A stretch of 63,147 nt of DNA, counting the filler, from Phoronis australis (lineage: Eukaryota > Animalia > Phoronida): the NCBI GenBank assembly GCA_002633005.1. It is 5 parts of 5 records of this genome, joined end to end, with 100 filler letters (N's around TTAATTAATTAA, not from the genome) between each part and the next. Parts side by side here need not be neighbours in the genome. Positions count along the whole stretch, not along the records: positions 1 to 25,610 come from NMRA01001342.1; positions 25,711 to 30,964 come from NMRA01001795.1; positions 31,065 to 54,136 come from NMRA01000594.1; 2 more parts are not named here. One strand, 5' to 3'. Both the position numbers and the translations under genes were made by a program. Every line of letters begins with the position of its first letter. Position 1 is the stretch's first letter. Below, piece by piece: positions 25,445 to 38,300 of this stretch. The notes below the pieces were generated by a model. That model was not told where the DNA came from and searched no databases. It saw only the letters and a list, made by a program, of their open reading frames with translations.

Positions 25445-26233
25445 CTGAACAAAACAGTATGTCTATGAATACCACATACAACTTAAATACTTGAACGTCG
25501 TGAATTAAAATCTAACCACACGAAGGTTTATTATTCCAACTTACATGACAGACCAGTATAATTTTCAGATATACCTCGTTTTTCTTGGATTGAAAACATA
25601 TCTGTCTAGCNNNNNNNNNNNNNNNNNNNNNNNNNNNNNNNNNNNNNNNNNNNNTTAATTAATTAANNNNNNNNNNNNNNNNNNNNNNNNNNNNNNNNNN
25701 NNNNNNNNNNAACTCGAGTAAAAACTCGAAATTTCGAGTTCAAACTCGAACTTATTGCTTTAATATTGGGTTTACAAACTGTGAACTAAGGGCAATAAAT
25801 TATCTACGTAAGTTATTGTGTACTCGAGCAAAGAATAATAGACACTTATCTTGAGTTCGCCCAAAAGTAGAGTAGAAAATGCCAAACCTAATTTCGAGTT
25901 CCATTTCGAGTAAAAAGATTGGAGACCGGGCCCTGGTTTCGGAATTGCGGACATTCGAAGTAGTGAACATTCGAAGGCAGCGAACCTATGGAGTAACTTC
26001 GAAGTAGTGGACTTTCGGAGTAGTGAACCTTCGGAACAGTGACGTGTAACCTTGGAAGTCTTTTCCATTAAGTTTTTTGCTCGTATAACGCCTGCGAGGC
26101 TGTGAGCCATTGACACTGATTGACAAGTGAAGACTTTCTTCATTATTTTTATTAGGTCTAGACCTACTTTTCCCTCATAATATGAACATGCTCGTCGGGG
26201 TTTTCTTCAGTAGTGTAAGAAAATACGCTAGTT

Positions 26234-26309
26234 CATGGGCGGCGCAGCACTAAGAAAAGTGAGGGCTATAGCCCCCCTCCCCCCAACCCCCTATGGTGCG
26301 CCGCCCATG
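26234..26309. mobile_element. 76-bp MITE monomer, 13-bp TIR CATGGGCGGCGCA, 5-bp TSD
   Basis: Perfect TIR; TAGTT directly repeated on both flanks. Confidence 0.8.
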
Positions 26310-28169
26310 TAGTTAAATGTCTGCCTTTGAGCAACGACGGAGGACTGCCTATAGTGAGTGTATACAGAATTTAAAGGAATGGATACGCACTCTCGTGTAC
26401 ACGCATGCATGTCATCCACCAATTCACAGCTAAAGTGTAAATTTGAAAATATCTGCACTTTATCGTACTCTGCCACTATATCAAAATAGCAGAAAGCAAA
26501 CCTAGGCCTACTTTCTGCTATTTTGTTTCTTGACCGATTTTAAGGCATTCACACCGTACTACTTTTTGGTAGGTCTCTCGCTGCTATATAACCTAGCTAG
26601 GTATACTTCTAAACTCCCTTGTTACCCTGTTGTAGCCACCACGCGCATTCAATGGCGATGAAGAATATGAAGTCACCTCTAATCGTCTGCACGATGCTAT
26701 CATCAAGCACTCTCGGGCGAAGTTGATCGGGTACGGCCCGGCGATGATTATGTGAAGTAAATTCAGAATTATTACTGACTTAGTTATCATTGTAGTTAGT
26801 AGTACCAGTAGCTGCAACAATTTTGTTATTGTTGTCCATCTATATCCCATCTTTAACAGATAGGCCGGGGCTGGACCTTTNNNNNNNNNNNNNNNNNNNN
26901 NNNNNNNNNNNNNNNNNNNNNNNNNNNNNNNNNNNNNNNNNNNNNNNNNNNNNNNNNNNNNNNNNNNNNNNNNNNNNNNNNNNNNNNNNNNNNNNNNNNN
27001 NNNNNNNNNNNNNNNNNNNNNNNNNNNNNNNNNNNNNNNNNNNNNNNNNNNNNNNNNNNNNNNNNNNNNNNNNNNNNNNNNNNNNNNNNNNNNNNNNNNN
27101 NNNNNNNNNNNNNNNNNNNNNNNNNNNNNNNNNNNNNNNNNNNNNNNNNNNNNNNNNNNNNNNNNNNNNNNNNNNNNNNNNNNNNNNNNNNNNNNNNNNN
27201 NNNNNNNNNNNNNNNNNNNNNNNNNNNNNNNNNNNNNNNNNNNNNNNNNNNNNNNNNNNNNNNNNNNNNNNNNNNNNNNNNNNNNNNNNNNNNNNNNNNN
27301 NNNNNNNNNNNNNNNNNNNNNNNNNNNNNNNNNNNNNNNNNNNNNNNNNNNNNNNNNNNNNNNNNNNNNNNNNNNNNNNNNNNNNNNNNNNNNNNNNNNN
27401 NNNNNNNNNNNNNNNNNNNNNNNNNNNNNNNNNNNNNNNNNNNNNNNNNNNNNNNNNNNNNNNNNNNNNNNNNNNNNNNNNNNNNNNNNNNNNNNNNNNN
27501 NNNNNNNNNNNNNNNNNNNNNNNNNNNNNNNNNNNNNNNNNNNNNNNNNNNNNNNNNNNNNNNNNNNNNNNNNNNNNNNNNNNNNNNNNNNNNNNNACAC
27601 ACACACACGCACACACACAAATACAAACTTCAAAACAAACGTCACGTGACAACAACATGTGTGTTCCTCCGGAGGTTTTTCTCGTGTTGAGGTCTACAGT
27701 CTAGCGCAAATCTGGACTTAATCTGCAGCTACTAATCCAGACTCCACAAGAACTTAAAATCTTAGAGACGCTATTTGGAAAACTTAAGGAGGATTTCAGG
27801 TAATTTGTTGAGTCGAAACTGTATTCTTATTCGAGAATTCAAGTTGCCCTATCGACGATTGCGAGACCGGCAGCTACGCATTTGTCGGCGAGATTTCGCC
27901 CTCCCGGGATTTCAGCACAAGTTTTTGAAAAATGATCGTAATTTTACAACGAATTTTGATAGCAATGCACCACAATTTTGTAGAAAGTTAATAATAATAT
28001 TCTGGACTTTGTCTTAGCACTTTAATGCATAGTGTGCGTTAAGTGAGTCGACAGAACAGGTGATTGTGTAGAGGCATTATTCGCAAAATTGCTTAGGTTG
28101 GCTTGGTTCTGTCAAGCGAAAACAAGTTTTTTCACTACCCTCCGCCGTGGAGTATTTTTTTGCAGTTTC

Positions 28170-28410
28170 TTTCAAGGGAAATATTGTTTTGCAGTTTCCA
28201 AGATACGTTTTCTTGCCGCCCTCAAAATGAGCGCTGCATGCTTTATGCCACGAAGAATTCACTAAGTCGGCCTTCGCTACCAGAGCTACCGATGTGTCTG
28301 ACCCATTTTTTATGCAGTTCTTGATCCTTGGGAAGCAGGTAGTAACTAAATTCTTTATCTCGCTAACTGTTATTATAGCAGCCAGGCACGCAACACGTAT
28401 AACATCCCTG
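28170..28410 (-). pseudogene. Decayed THAP zinc-finger coding sequence (DNA-transposon relic, distinct from the Kolobok-like family)
   Basis: TCCVPGCYNNS*RDKEFSYYLLPKDQELHKKWVRHI, then a frameshift, then WHKACSAHFEGGKKTYLGNCKTIFP. This is a complete C2CH THAP signature with one stop and one frameshift. Confidence 0.75.
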
Positions 28411-28604
28411 TGGCCGCTTCGCCCACACACTTGCCGACGTCCTTGTTTACTGAATAATACCACATTAACCACAATGCAACATTCTGACCCATTTCCAATA
28501 TGGCGGGGGTGCAACTCCGCTATTAAACAAATTATCATCGAGAAAAGATTCCTATGCTGACCCGCCAAGATAAGGCATCTCGACCGGTTTGCATAACACG
28601 ATAT

Positions 28605-28752
28605 CATGGGCGGCGCACCACTGAAAAAAGTGGGGGCTAAAGCCCCCTCAGCCCCCCATGAGGTGTACCGCCTATAGACCATGCGTGGCGTAGCACTGAA
28701 AAAAGTGTTGGGCTATAGTAGCCCCCCAGCCCCCTATGGTGGGCCGCCCATG
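28605..28752. mobile_element. 148-bp MITE dimer of the CATGGGCGGCGCA family, 5-bp TSD
   Basis: Two head-to-tail units; GATAT repeated on both flanks. Confidence 0.78.
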
Positions 28753-29277
28753 GATATCTGCTGCAAGGATGAAACACATCATACATGTACAGTTGCAAGC
28801 AATTACATCACCTGTGGACACAACAGGCTGTTAATGTTATGGTTCTCGTCTAAAAAATTGGACCCATCATAAACACACCGGAAGCGTCACAAGTATCGAA
28901 AATTTTAACGTAGAATTTTTGAGAAGTTGTGAAAAGTATAAATGGCTAGGTTTCTGATGTTTGAAAACATGGAACAAAAATGTGACTTTTACAACCTAAA
29001 ACATTTGAAAAAGGTTGCCAGTATTGTGGTTCTCATTAATTCTGTTGGATGTGCAACGTAATTGGGTCAATTACCAGATCAGCTGGCAGCTGTTGGATTT
29101 TGAGGTAAGCCACGTGTCGTCGTCTAATTGTTGGCATGATAAATGTTACATGTTATTTGATTTGGTTAGATTAGTGCATTTTGCATAAGCGGAAGAGTAC
29201 CAAAACAGGCTGGGTCTACTTGAATCGTGAGGACAAGCTGAACTTGTCACACCAATATAAGAAAAATACTATTTGTA

Positions 29278-29416
29278 CATGGGCGGCGCACCTTAGGGGG
29301 CTGGGGCTATAGCTCTCACTTTTTTTCAGTGCTTCTCCGCTCACGGTCTATAGGCGGTGCACCACAGGGGGCAGAGGGGGCTTTAGCCCCCCTTTTTCAG
29401 TGCTGCGCCGCCCATG
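29278..29416. mobile_element. 139-bp MITE dimer of the same family in inverted orientation, 5-bp TSD
   Basis: Perfect 13-bp TIR; TTGTA repeated on both flanks. Confidence 0.78.
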
Positions 29417-29819
29417 TTGTACGTGTATTTCTTTCGTTTAAAGACCGTTTTAACTGATTTGTATAATAGTAACGAATCTAACAATATCGCCCAACGAAAA
29501 GTGTTCTCTGACTCCTAGATCTTACCAAGATTGCAGTTTGCAAGCCATGGCACGTAAGGCCGGATTATTTAAGAATTAGCCACGAACCAACAATCCTGCA
29601 TAGACCCTGAAGCACCTAACCATCAACAATGATTGTGTGGTAGGCCTCTCGACGATGGGTTTCTTGGCAATGAAAACAGGCTTTAAACTACGTTTATTCA
29701 AAGCATAGGTAGTTATACCAAGATACGTTTTGAAGTAGTAAAGCTGTGTCCGAGAGGGGGCTTCCTCGTTTGAGAACGGTCACATTCAATTGGTGGACGC
29801 CAACATTAGCTCTATAATT

Positions 29820-30964
29820 AACCTTTTTCCATGTCATTTTGAGCTAAAATAAGGTTGGTTGGTTATCCTAGACATATTTTCCACTTAATTACAGCTTTTT
29901 GTAATTTTATTAATTACTCGTCCGCTACTCCGGAAGTGACGTTTTAGGAGGCAAGCATTTCGCGCCAATTTCTTTTCATATAGTCTGACTGTGAGAGCTG
30001 CCGAGTCAGTCATTGTTCTACCTCGGTTGTGTTAAGTTCCGTCGTCGTTTGCTTCCATTTATTAGTCAGTCAACATGCCACACTGTTGCTGCGTACCAGA
30101 ATGTACTAATTATCGGCTCACGTGCGCTTTGGGAGTACTTTTGCATCGCTTTCCGATGGATGACACACTTCGCCGTACTTGGCTCGTTCGTGTGAAGAAC
30201 GCAACGTTACCCGTCCACGCAACGTACAAAGCAGTGGAGAATTACCGTGTGTGTGGCAAGCACTTTCTGCCNTGTACTAATTATCGGCTCACGTGCGCTT
30301 TGGGAGTACTTTTGCATCGCTTTCCGATGGATGACACACTTCGCCGTACTTGGCTCGTTCGTGTGAAGAACGCAACGTTACCCGTCCACGCAACGTACAA
30401 AGCAGTGGAGAATTACCGTATGTGTGGCAAGCACTTTCTGCCCTCCGGTTACGAAAGGGATTTGTACGCTGAACTGATGAAGGTCCCTGCGAAACAACGT
30501 CTGAAGAAGGATGCCATTCCGTCTGTGTTGATTCCCGGGAGTGCCCCGTCGCCACCCCCGAGAAGTGCGTTTGTGAAGCAAGAAACCTCGCGAGCTGTGG
30601 CCAGTAGAGTGACTGGAGCCAGTGGAGGCACTTCATCCACTGTCACCCGTGCCTCCGAACGTACCCCAGAGCGTGCAATTCCTGGAACCAGTAGTGATTC
30701 GCCCTGTGCTGTTTTCTTCAGCCCAGAGCCTCTAAGCAGCCCTGCAGCGATATTGAGTAGTGGGAGTGATTTCAGGCTCAGTTCGACACCAAGTGAAGAG
30801 GACAGTTCGTCGTCCAGTGAACAGATCGGTGAGCCAAACTTTGATAAGTTTATTGTGGACTTGGCTAAAGTCTTAGAGCTATTTAGATGGTGTCAGGTGT
30901 GTGGCGAGGGAGTCACACGACACGATGTAAGCAGTTTGGGTGCTCAGGTTACCATCCAGTGGGA
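29820..30964 (+). mobile_element. Kolobok-like DNA transposon, left part (runs into an assembly gap)
   Basis: The first ~290 bp match the terminus of the TTAA-flanked element at 58860 (terminal ~10 bp missing), followed by the THAP-transposase ORF. Confidence 0.7.
30075..30964 (+). CDS. THAP-domain transposase N-terminus (Kolobok-like), 3'-truncated by gap
   Basis: MPHCCCVPEC...HRFP...W...VCGKHF...AIPS is a THAP C2CH domain, followed by a Ser/Pro-rich linker and KFIVDLAKVLELFRWCQVCG...LGAQVTIQW. The 171-bp internal duplication at the single N is probably an artefact. Confidence 0.75.
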
Positions 30965-31074
30965 NNNNNNNNNNNNNNNNNNNNNNNNNNNNNNNNNNNN
31001 NNNNNNNNTTAATTAATTAANNNNNNNNNNNNNNNNNNNNNNNNNNNNNNNNNNNNNNNNNNNNAAATTTATTT

Positions 31075-31362
31075 GCCTTTGATGACTGATGTATAGTCGA
31101 AGTACCGCTACTGTTTTATTATGATATGTTTTGTACAGAGTTTTATTATATATTTACTCATATATATGTGTTTGTGATGCCACTTACACTGGGCGATCTA
31201 TTATATCAACTACCATCTGATGAAAGACACTTGTGTAGACACTACGAAAGTTTGTTGTACAAACTAATTAAAGCAAAGAACAGCTTACTTTTCAACGCAG
31301 CATGTATAAAAGAAGGTCTGCTACCCAAATACACAGATATATATATATATATATATATATAT
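31075..31362 (+). mobile_element. Penelope-like retroelement terminal fragment ending in (TA)n
   Basis: Encodes LGDLLYQLPSDERHLCRHYESLLYKLIKAKNSLLFNAACIKEGLLPKYT, resembling the N-terminal R-x2-E...F-x3-C-x4-LLP segment of PLE ORFs; directly abuts a (TA)n tract. Confidence 0.55.
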
Positions 31363-31565
31363 ACGGCAAAACTAGACGAGTTACTCTGTATTTTATAAGC
31401 ATGTCAACATGTCAACCGGCAATTCATGTTAATACACTCCAAAAGGCAAGTTTAGAACAAAGTTGTTGTTTGGCATCAAAAACATACAGGTGAATCAAAC
31501 ATACACCACTAACTACACATCAAATCATACATGTGAGCCAAACCAACAACAGTAACATCACTTAC

Positions 31566-31664
31566 GTGGCTCTTTACACGATCTGGTGTCAATTTTGACA
31601 ACAAATGTTCAAAAATGTCGAGATTACCACCAAATGCAGCATACTGCAAAAGGTTTTCACCGTT
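31566..31664 (-). CDS. Ankyrin repeat exon
   Basis: NGENLLQYAAFGGNLDIFEHLLSKLTPDRVKSH; ttacag|...|gtaagt. Confidence 0.82.
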
Positions 31665-32330
31665 CTGTAAACGAAAATAGCAAGAGCATTAATTAAGTGG
31701 GCGTATAATTATATAAATTCATACATATTTTTTACCAGTGGTGAAACAGTAATGTGTGAGTTACTCGTCTTGTGGTTATGAAAATTCCCATACTCACAGG
31801 AGGAAACATTGCTAACTCTGAGCAAAATTTTCGACGTGCATCTCAATATATCTCTGTAACCTAAGGTGTTTAAGTGAAATGATAACATCAACAGTTACCT
31901 CGTCAAGTAAGTCGGTGTCATTGTTGTTTGTTGTTTTCTCCAGAAGCAGGACGAACACGCCAAAGTTGTCTTTCCAAGTAGATGAACGGCTAACTAGTAA
32001 CTGAAAAGGGTAAATCAAAAATAAATTGACTATAAAATAGGATTGAGGAGGTATTGTGGTCTAAAGGGGAACGCGTCTGCTTTATCTTCTGAAATCCACT
32101 GGATCACATCTTTGAGTATGGAACGCAGCTGAATGGTACTCCCGTTTTTTTACTTTTTAGTCTTTCGATAGAATTTGAGAGCAGCAGGTCCACATTCCCG
32201 TCCCCGCAGCTTTCGGGCCGCCAGTGTACATACAATCGTGCTTTGCCCAATTCCCCGAGGCAACATGTTGCCCCCCCCCTTATGGTATCCTAGATCCGCC
32301 ACTGCATACAGTACATACATACATACATAC

Positions 32331-32364
<34 letters not shown>

Positions 32365-35300
32365 AGAAGAAATCATAAATTGCTTTCAGGTGATTGATGC
32401 AACGAGTCCATCGGAGCGGTCTGCGAACGTCCACAGACCGCCTAAAATTATTTTTGGATGATTTCCAAAAGTTGTGTACATTTATAAGCGCACCTGTTAA
32501 ACCATTAAACTAAAAGCACATAAACTATTGGCTAAAAAATTCAGCGTATTTGCCTAACAAGATGATGCTACAGGCAAGTCTATGGTTTTTGATGTGTTAC
32601 TATAATTACAAGACAGTACTTACTTTCCCATTAGCCCATTTAAACGCGTAACTCGGCTTGTGCTGAAGCTATAAAAACAACACAACATCAACCGTCACTT
32701 TATTTACAGCACTGCTAAAGCAGAAAGAAGGAACTGGCATAAATACGGAGCCCTTGGGGGTTACCAGGCAAGTACATTTATATACTGTTGCTGTCTAGTG
32801 AAGGTATGCAACAAAGGCCTGCCACGTACGAAAAGTCATGTAATGAAGGCTGATGAAGCAAATTGGTTTAGACGAGGTCTTATCACTAACATCTGCTCCC
32901 AACCTTGTCGAACCACCAAAAGAGGGAATTCAAGGAAAGAAATGAAATTCACAATGAAGGTGGGATCCAGATGGCAATGGTAGCAGAAAGATATCTAAAC
33001 AGAAATTGTTGCCACTTTTGAATAGCAGAAAATTATGGCTGCGAGCTGAAAAGATTAGCAATAGGTGAAATAATTCCCCACTGTGGTTTAAATAAATGCC
33101 TCTGGCAGTGAAATATATGGTTGCATCAGCTAGCCACAGCGACAAACATTGCACTACTCGTACATTACAGATCAGGGTTACAGGAATAGCCGATTTTCCA
33201 GGTGTGTCATTTCGTCAAAGGAGCGCCCCATAAAATTCTTTTGGAACCAGAATGGATTGTTCCGTAAACGATATCTCCGACTGCAACGCTTTGTAGTCCA
33301 TTAACTTTAGAACTTGCTAAAAGAGGCATATTTCACTTTATCGCCACTTTGCGTAGTGTACAAGGCATATGGATTCACCTCAGTTGACATGTGACAACTT
33401 GAAATGATTGAACTGCATGTTTAAGAAAGGACAAAAATCAAACGTATAGTGACATTTTACCAAATGCATAGTGACATTTTACCAAACGTATAGTGACATT
33501 TTACCAAACGTATAGTGACATTTTACCACGTTTTCCATAACTGTCCCAGACACGTAAAACGACCCCAACAGTTGGCTTCATGCATTGTGTGTTACTAGTT
33601 TCAGTGGGCTATGGGTACACTGTAGATGTTGCACTACGGAACAGTGCGTGCTAGTAGTTGATTCTCAATTTGTTTCACAGGGGCGCTGCATCACTCTGCC
33701 TGTTTGACTTGGTTTGTCCTTTGAGTATTCATGTATTTATGCTTTGTAATTAGAAACCACTCATTGCTTTGTTGATTTTACTTAAGTTCAGGTGTTATAC
33801 GAATTACTATGATTCTTTGTTTGTTTATGCTTTTCTGCATTTTCCTTTCGGTACAATAGTTAGTGTATCATCTTGTATTGGAAACTGGATGATTGAGCCT
33901 GGTAAAAGGACTTAATTGTTACATTAAACATTAATGAGGTTAAAACTTCTGTTACCTTTGAACCTTTCGGTAACTAACCTTAGACGTGTTGGCTCAGACA
34001 TGTCAAAGTTTTGGGCGGGTTGTACTTGAAAAATATGTTTGTTGCACTAACCTTTTCCTTGAAGCCTTGGTAACTTATTCGTTCTCCATTGATCAGCGAC
34101 AGGTTATCTTTGAAGGCCAAGAATTGCAAAATAGATCTCTCGCCAACCTGAAATTTTCCGTCCAACTGGTCATTAAGTAACAATCATTAAGAAAAGATTC
34201 TTGCGTACTCAGTTGAACACTTCCGCAAAATTGAACTCTACCTTTCAAGAAAGATTCCAAAATGCTACAATTGCAATTTGGTCCAGCAAAACGATTCCTC
34301 AGTGTAACACACAACTACATGTTGCAACCGTCAGGTATACACTTGTTCCGTGTACTGGTTAAGAATTATTTAAAATGCTGCTATTCAACATAAGTTTTAC
34401 ATTTGTGCGGCGCAACTGAGTTCACTAACCTCGTGTAGTTAGGTCACATCTGCATTGTATTGCGGAATCGTGACTCCCGTACAGTATATCCGTTTGGTTT
34501 ACAAATATGTTCGGGTGATCTTAACACATGTTAACAAGCAGTTAAGTTTTCAAACTAACAAGATATACTTTGAAATAGCTCTCTCGGAATTTACTTAAGC
34601 CGTAAAAACATCTTTGCCGAATTATTTGCTCGGGTCAAAAGTTTGTTACACTTCCTCTGCTGTTATCAACTCGCAAATTGTTTATGGATGGATGGACTTA
34701 CGCAATAATTTGTCGTGATTTACGATACCTGACCACATCTGATTCTGGTTTTATTCAGAAAGATAATGTACCTTTAGTCGCAGTTTTGTGAGTCAAATAT
34801 CATCATTGTATAGATTATTTTGAAAATTAATATGTGAATTTGCAACATCGTTTATTCAAATTTTCTTGGTGCGTTGATATTCATGTAGATGAGTATCTGT
34901 CCTAATAACCACACTTACCGCGTCGCAATACCATGGTGGAATGCTTAGAACGTTCAAACTCTGCAAGTTATCTCCCAAAGCAGCATAATGCAAGGCCGTC
35001 GCTTTAGACTACAAGATAATTTTATTATAAATTAGAATGGAAATTCTGTTGCATTAACATTAGGCCTCACCTCATTCAGTGAGTTATAATGGCACAACTA
35101 GATCGTTGGGATTTTTTGTGAAGCACAAACACGTTTTATCAGAGGTTTAAGTTAAAATTATCAAGTACAGCTCTACGTTTTTATTCCCTGTGCCATATAT
35201 GCCTTATAGTTATATTTTTTTGAGAAAAAGTAATTGTACATCTTTTTAACATGCCACTTGCGTAGATGGTAAAAATCTGTAGACGGTCGTTTTTTGTTTT

Positions 35301-38300
35301 TATTTTGACACATCGCTCACGACGTGTGTTTTGTTTAAGGATAACACGCTATATATCACTTGAATTGCATTGTAATCACTTTATCCCAATATCGTGTGCA
35401 TTTGGTGTCATACTTACGCGATCTCTTTCTTCAACAAATGCGTTTTGTCTCAGCAGAAGCTCAACAACGTCACGGTCACCTCCTAAAGCTGCATAATGGA
35501 GAGGCGTCCGACCAAACTAGAACAGTGGATTAAACTGTTTTAGGAGGTGATGTAAAAGATATCCGGTGCTAATTTTGCTAAAAAATACCTGTCTTGCCAC
35601 TGCATCTTAGCAAAAAGGAGCTACTAAAACACGTGCCAATTTTGATCGAAACTACAAGTAGGGAAGCATTTCCATAGACTCAGTAACAGTATCAGTATAA
35701 AAAGTCATGTGACTTTAAAAATGGAGCATGCCGTCAAATGTCACTGTTATTATGGATTAAAGCATTAAATAAAAGTACACCGATGTAGACCATTGATCGA
35801 GAAGGACATAATGGTGTATGTCTAGCTGCTAGGCGAATAACCATGAGCTCTCACCAAATTTTTTGCTCTTCTTACTGAAGTTCGCATATATGCAGGTATG
35901 AAACGCAATCGAGTGAAAATTCATGGCTAGGAAAATGAACGAGGTGTTCCGCATTATACAGAGACCGTTATTTTGGGAGATGATGAATCATATATAAATA
36001 TTAAACTGTATTTTGCACCAAATGCTTCGGTATTAATAGCCAAAACCATTAAATTAGTAAATTATTCGAGCTACTGTTTTTTAATTTTTATTAAGCGATG
36101 ACATTTATTTCACATTTTCTACATGTTTCCATTACACGCAACCCATAAATGCATTTTGCTTACATAGTCCATTTTGTCCACATCTACATTTTTCATCAGC
36201 AGCAGGTTGACGATATTCCAGTTACCTCCCAAAGCAGCATAATGCAGCGGTGCAGCTCCAGACGGCTATAAACACCACAGGTAGATATTTCCATACAACA
36301 TAATTCAATAACATCCCCTGAAACTTCAATTAATCTTAAAAATGCAAAATGCTTTCTTGTCTTATTTCTTAATAGGAAATAAATAATTAGGACACTGAAC
36401 CATAACACGTTGGTGAAGAATAAAATGTCACACTTTCATTATCTAACATTATCATAGGAACGGTTTTGAGACAATACGTTCTCCAAGCTAGCTTATTGGA
36501 AGAAAAAAACATTACGACGTCTGGCAAAAGCTTGGCAAACACATTCCTAAGCTTCGTTGTCATTTACAAAGTTGAAACACATAAGTGATGGGTGTAAATA
36601 GATCAGCTTGCTTCGAGTTCCAATAGTCGAATTGATTAATGAAACTGAATAATCAAACTTGAAATAATGGCCAATGTTTCAATTTGAATTAGAGCATAGA
36701 ACAAAATTTCAATTTACAACCAATCACTACACTGAAATGCTGTAAACCATGGTGTTCACGGCAGAATATTTCATCTGCCTGTCAAAAGTTTATTTGCACA
36801 GCACCACCAATATCTGTTAGAAGCAGTTTGGCTACTGTTCACAACAGCGCTGGCATTTACATCCAGCAAAATGAAATATTGAGAGAATTCTAATGGCTTC
36901 TAGTTTCAATTTAGGTTAAGAATAAAACAATGGAAGGTTGGCTCAATCTTCACAATTCAATTTCAATTAAACATTGTCTACCAAAATTTCTTTTTTTCAG
37001 TTTCGATTGAAGCAGGAATGTTTGAATTAGAGTGCTAGCACTCACTTTTAGAATGAAAAATGAACTCGAAACCTGCACACTGATTGGCAGTTTCCAATTG
37101 GCGTTAAACAGGCAGATGGGGAGTAGCAAATGTTTTTGAAATCAGCCCCAAGATGGTTTCGAACACATGGCATCGGCCAAAATACATCAATTTAAGAGCT
37201 CTGTTCGATCCAACAGCATTCAGGGAATTTTACTTCATTCAACTCGGATCATTCATTTGAATTTTCTTTGATTACATGGGTTCACTCACTTCATTATATG
37301 CAAAGTCCACTAACGTTCAAAATGTGCTGGTATTTTACTTTAAAATCTTGTTTCCTGCCCCAGTACCCACCCTTCCGGTTTTGTCGCTCGTATAAAATGC
37401 ACTTATCTTAAACACATTTTTTTTATTTAACACCTTCAGAAACTTAGCTTGAAATAACTTGTCATCAAAATATTTTCCTCGATAAATAGTGTTTGCCTCT
37501 ACTTACGTCAACCTTGTCCTGAGAAAATGGCCTTTCCTCAAGCAGTAGTCGGAAGATATCCTCATTACCATCCAGTGCCGCAAAATAATGTGGAGTCCGT
37601 TCAAGCTGAATCAAAAAATCATTTATCATTAACATATGCATGTATGTATGTATGTATGTATGTATGTATGTATGTATGTATGTACAAGTATTGGTGTATG
37701 TATGTGCATGTGTGTACATGTATGTATGTTTGTATGTATGTATGAATGCGTGTATGTATGTATGTATGTCTATCGTTCAATAGCAACCCTTAATTAACAC
37801 AAACTTCGATGAAGACACGGCTGTACAGTGTGTATGTTTGGTTGAAAGCTTAATACAAACTTGCTCGCAGTCTCGAAATAATCTTCTATTTCCAGGTATG
37901 CAACTATGCAGAAAAACACCAAGCGACATAACAAATAAACAAGTTGAATACGTTATCAATATTTCGATACCACATGTCTTATCATCAAGCAATGAGTGAT
38001 ATAAACATATACAAAGCGAAAAAAGGTGAAATAAACGGTACAGCTCGTAGAAGGGCATACAAGCATAGAGTGTGATTTAGTTACACGGTAGGATATTGCC
38101 TTCAAGCCTACCGACACAGAGTCAAGCCTTTGAGCTGCTCATTCCGCACAGGTTTTTCGTGACTGAACGATAGGGATTCCGGAATCTTTAACCGAAATGG
38201 CATTGTCTAATATTTCTTGCCTAATTGTTTTTGAAAAATGACTAGGCAAGAAATAGTAGACTATTTTTTTACACACGGCGCAAGGTGTATAATTAATTTA

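Noticed and set aside
25655-25666. Repeated TTAATTAATTAA inside N-runs (also 31009, 54181, 60735)
   Set aside because: Artificial scaffolding spacer centred in 100-nt gaps; not biological.
26593-27704. Four long ORFs of 257-350 aa
   Set aside because: They consist almost entirely of X residues from the N gap.
30102-30442. Apparent tandem double THAP domain
   Set aside because: A 171-bp near-identical duplication joined at a single N with one SNP; typical of an unmerged contig or haplotype overlap.
33439-33526. 22-bp repeats as a CRISPR array (also 41033-41308)
   Set aside because: Contiguous units without unique spacers, no cas genes, eukaryotic context.
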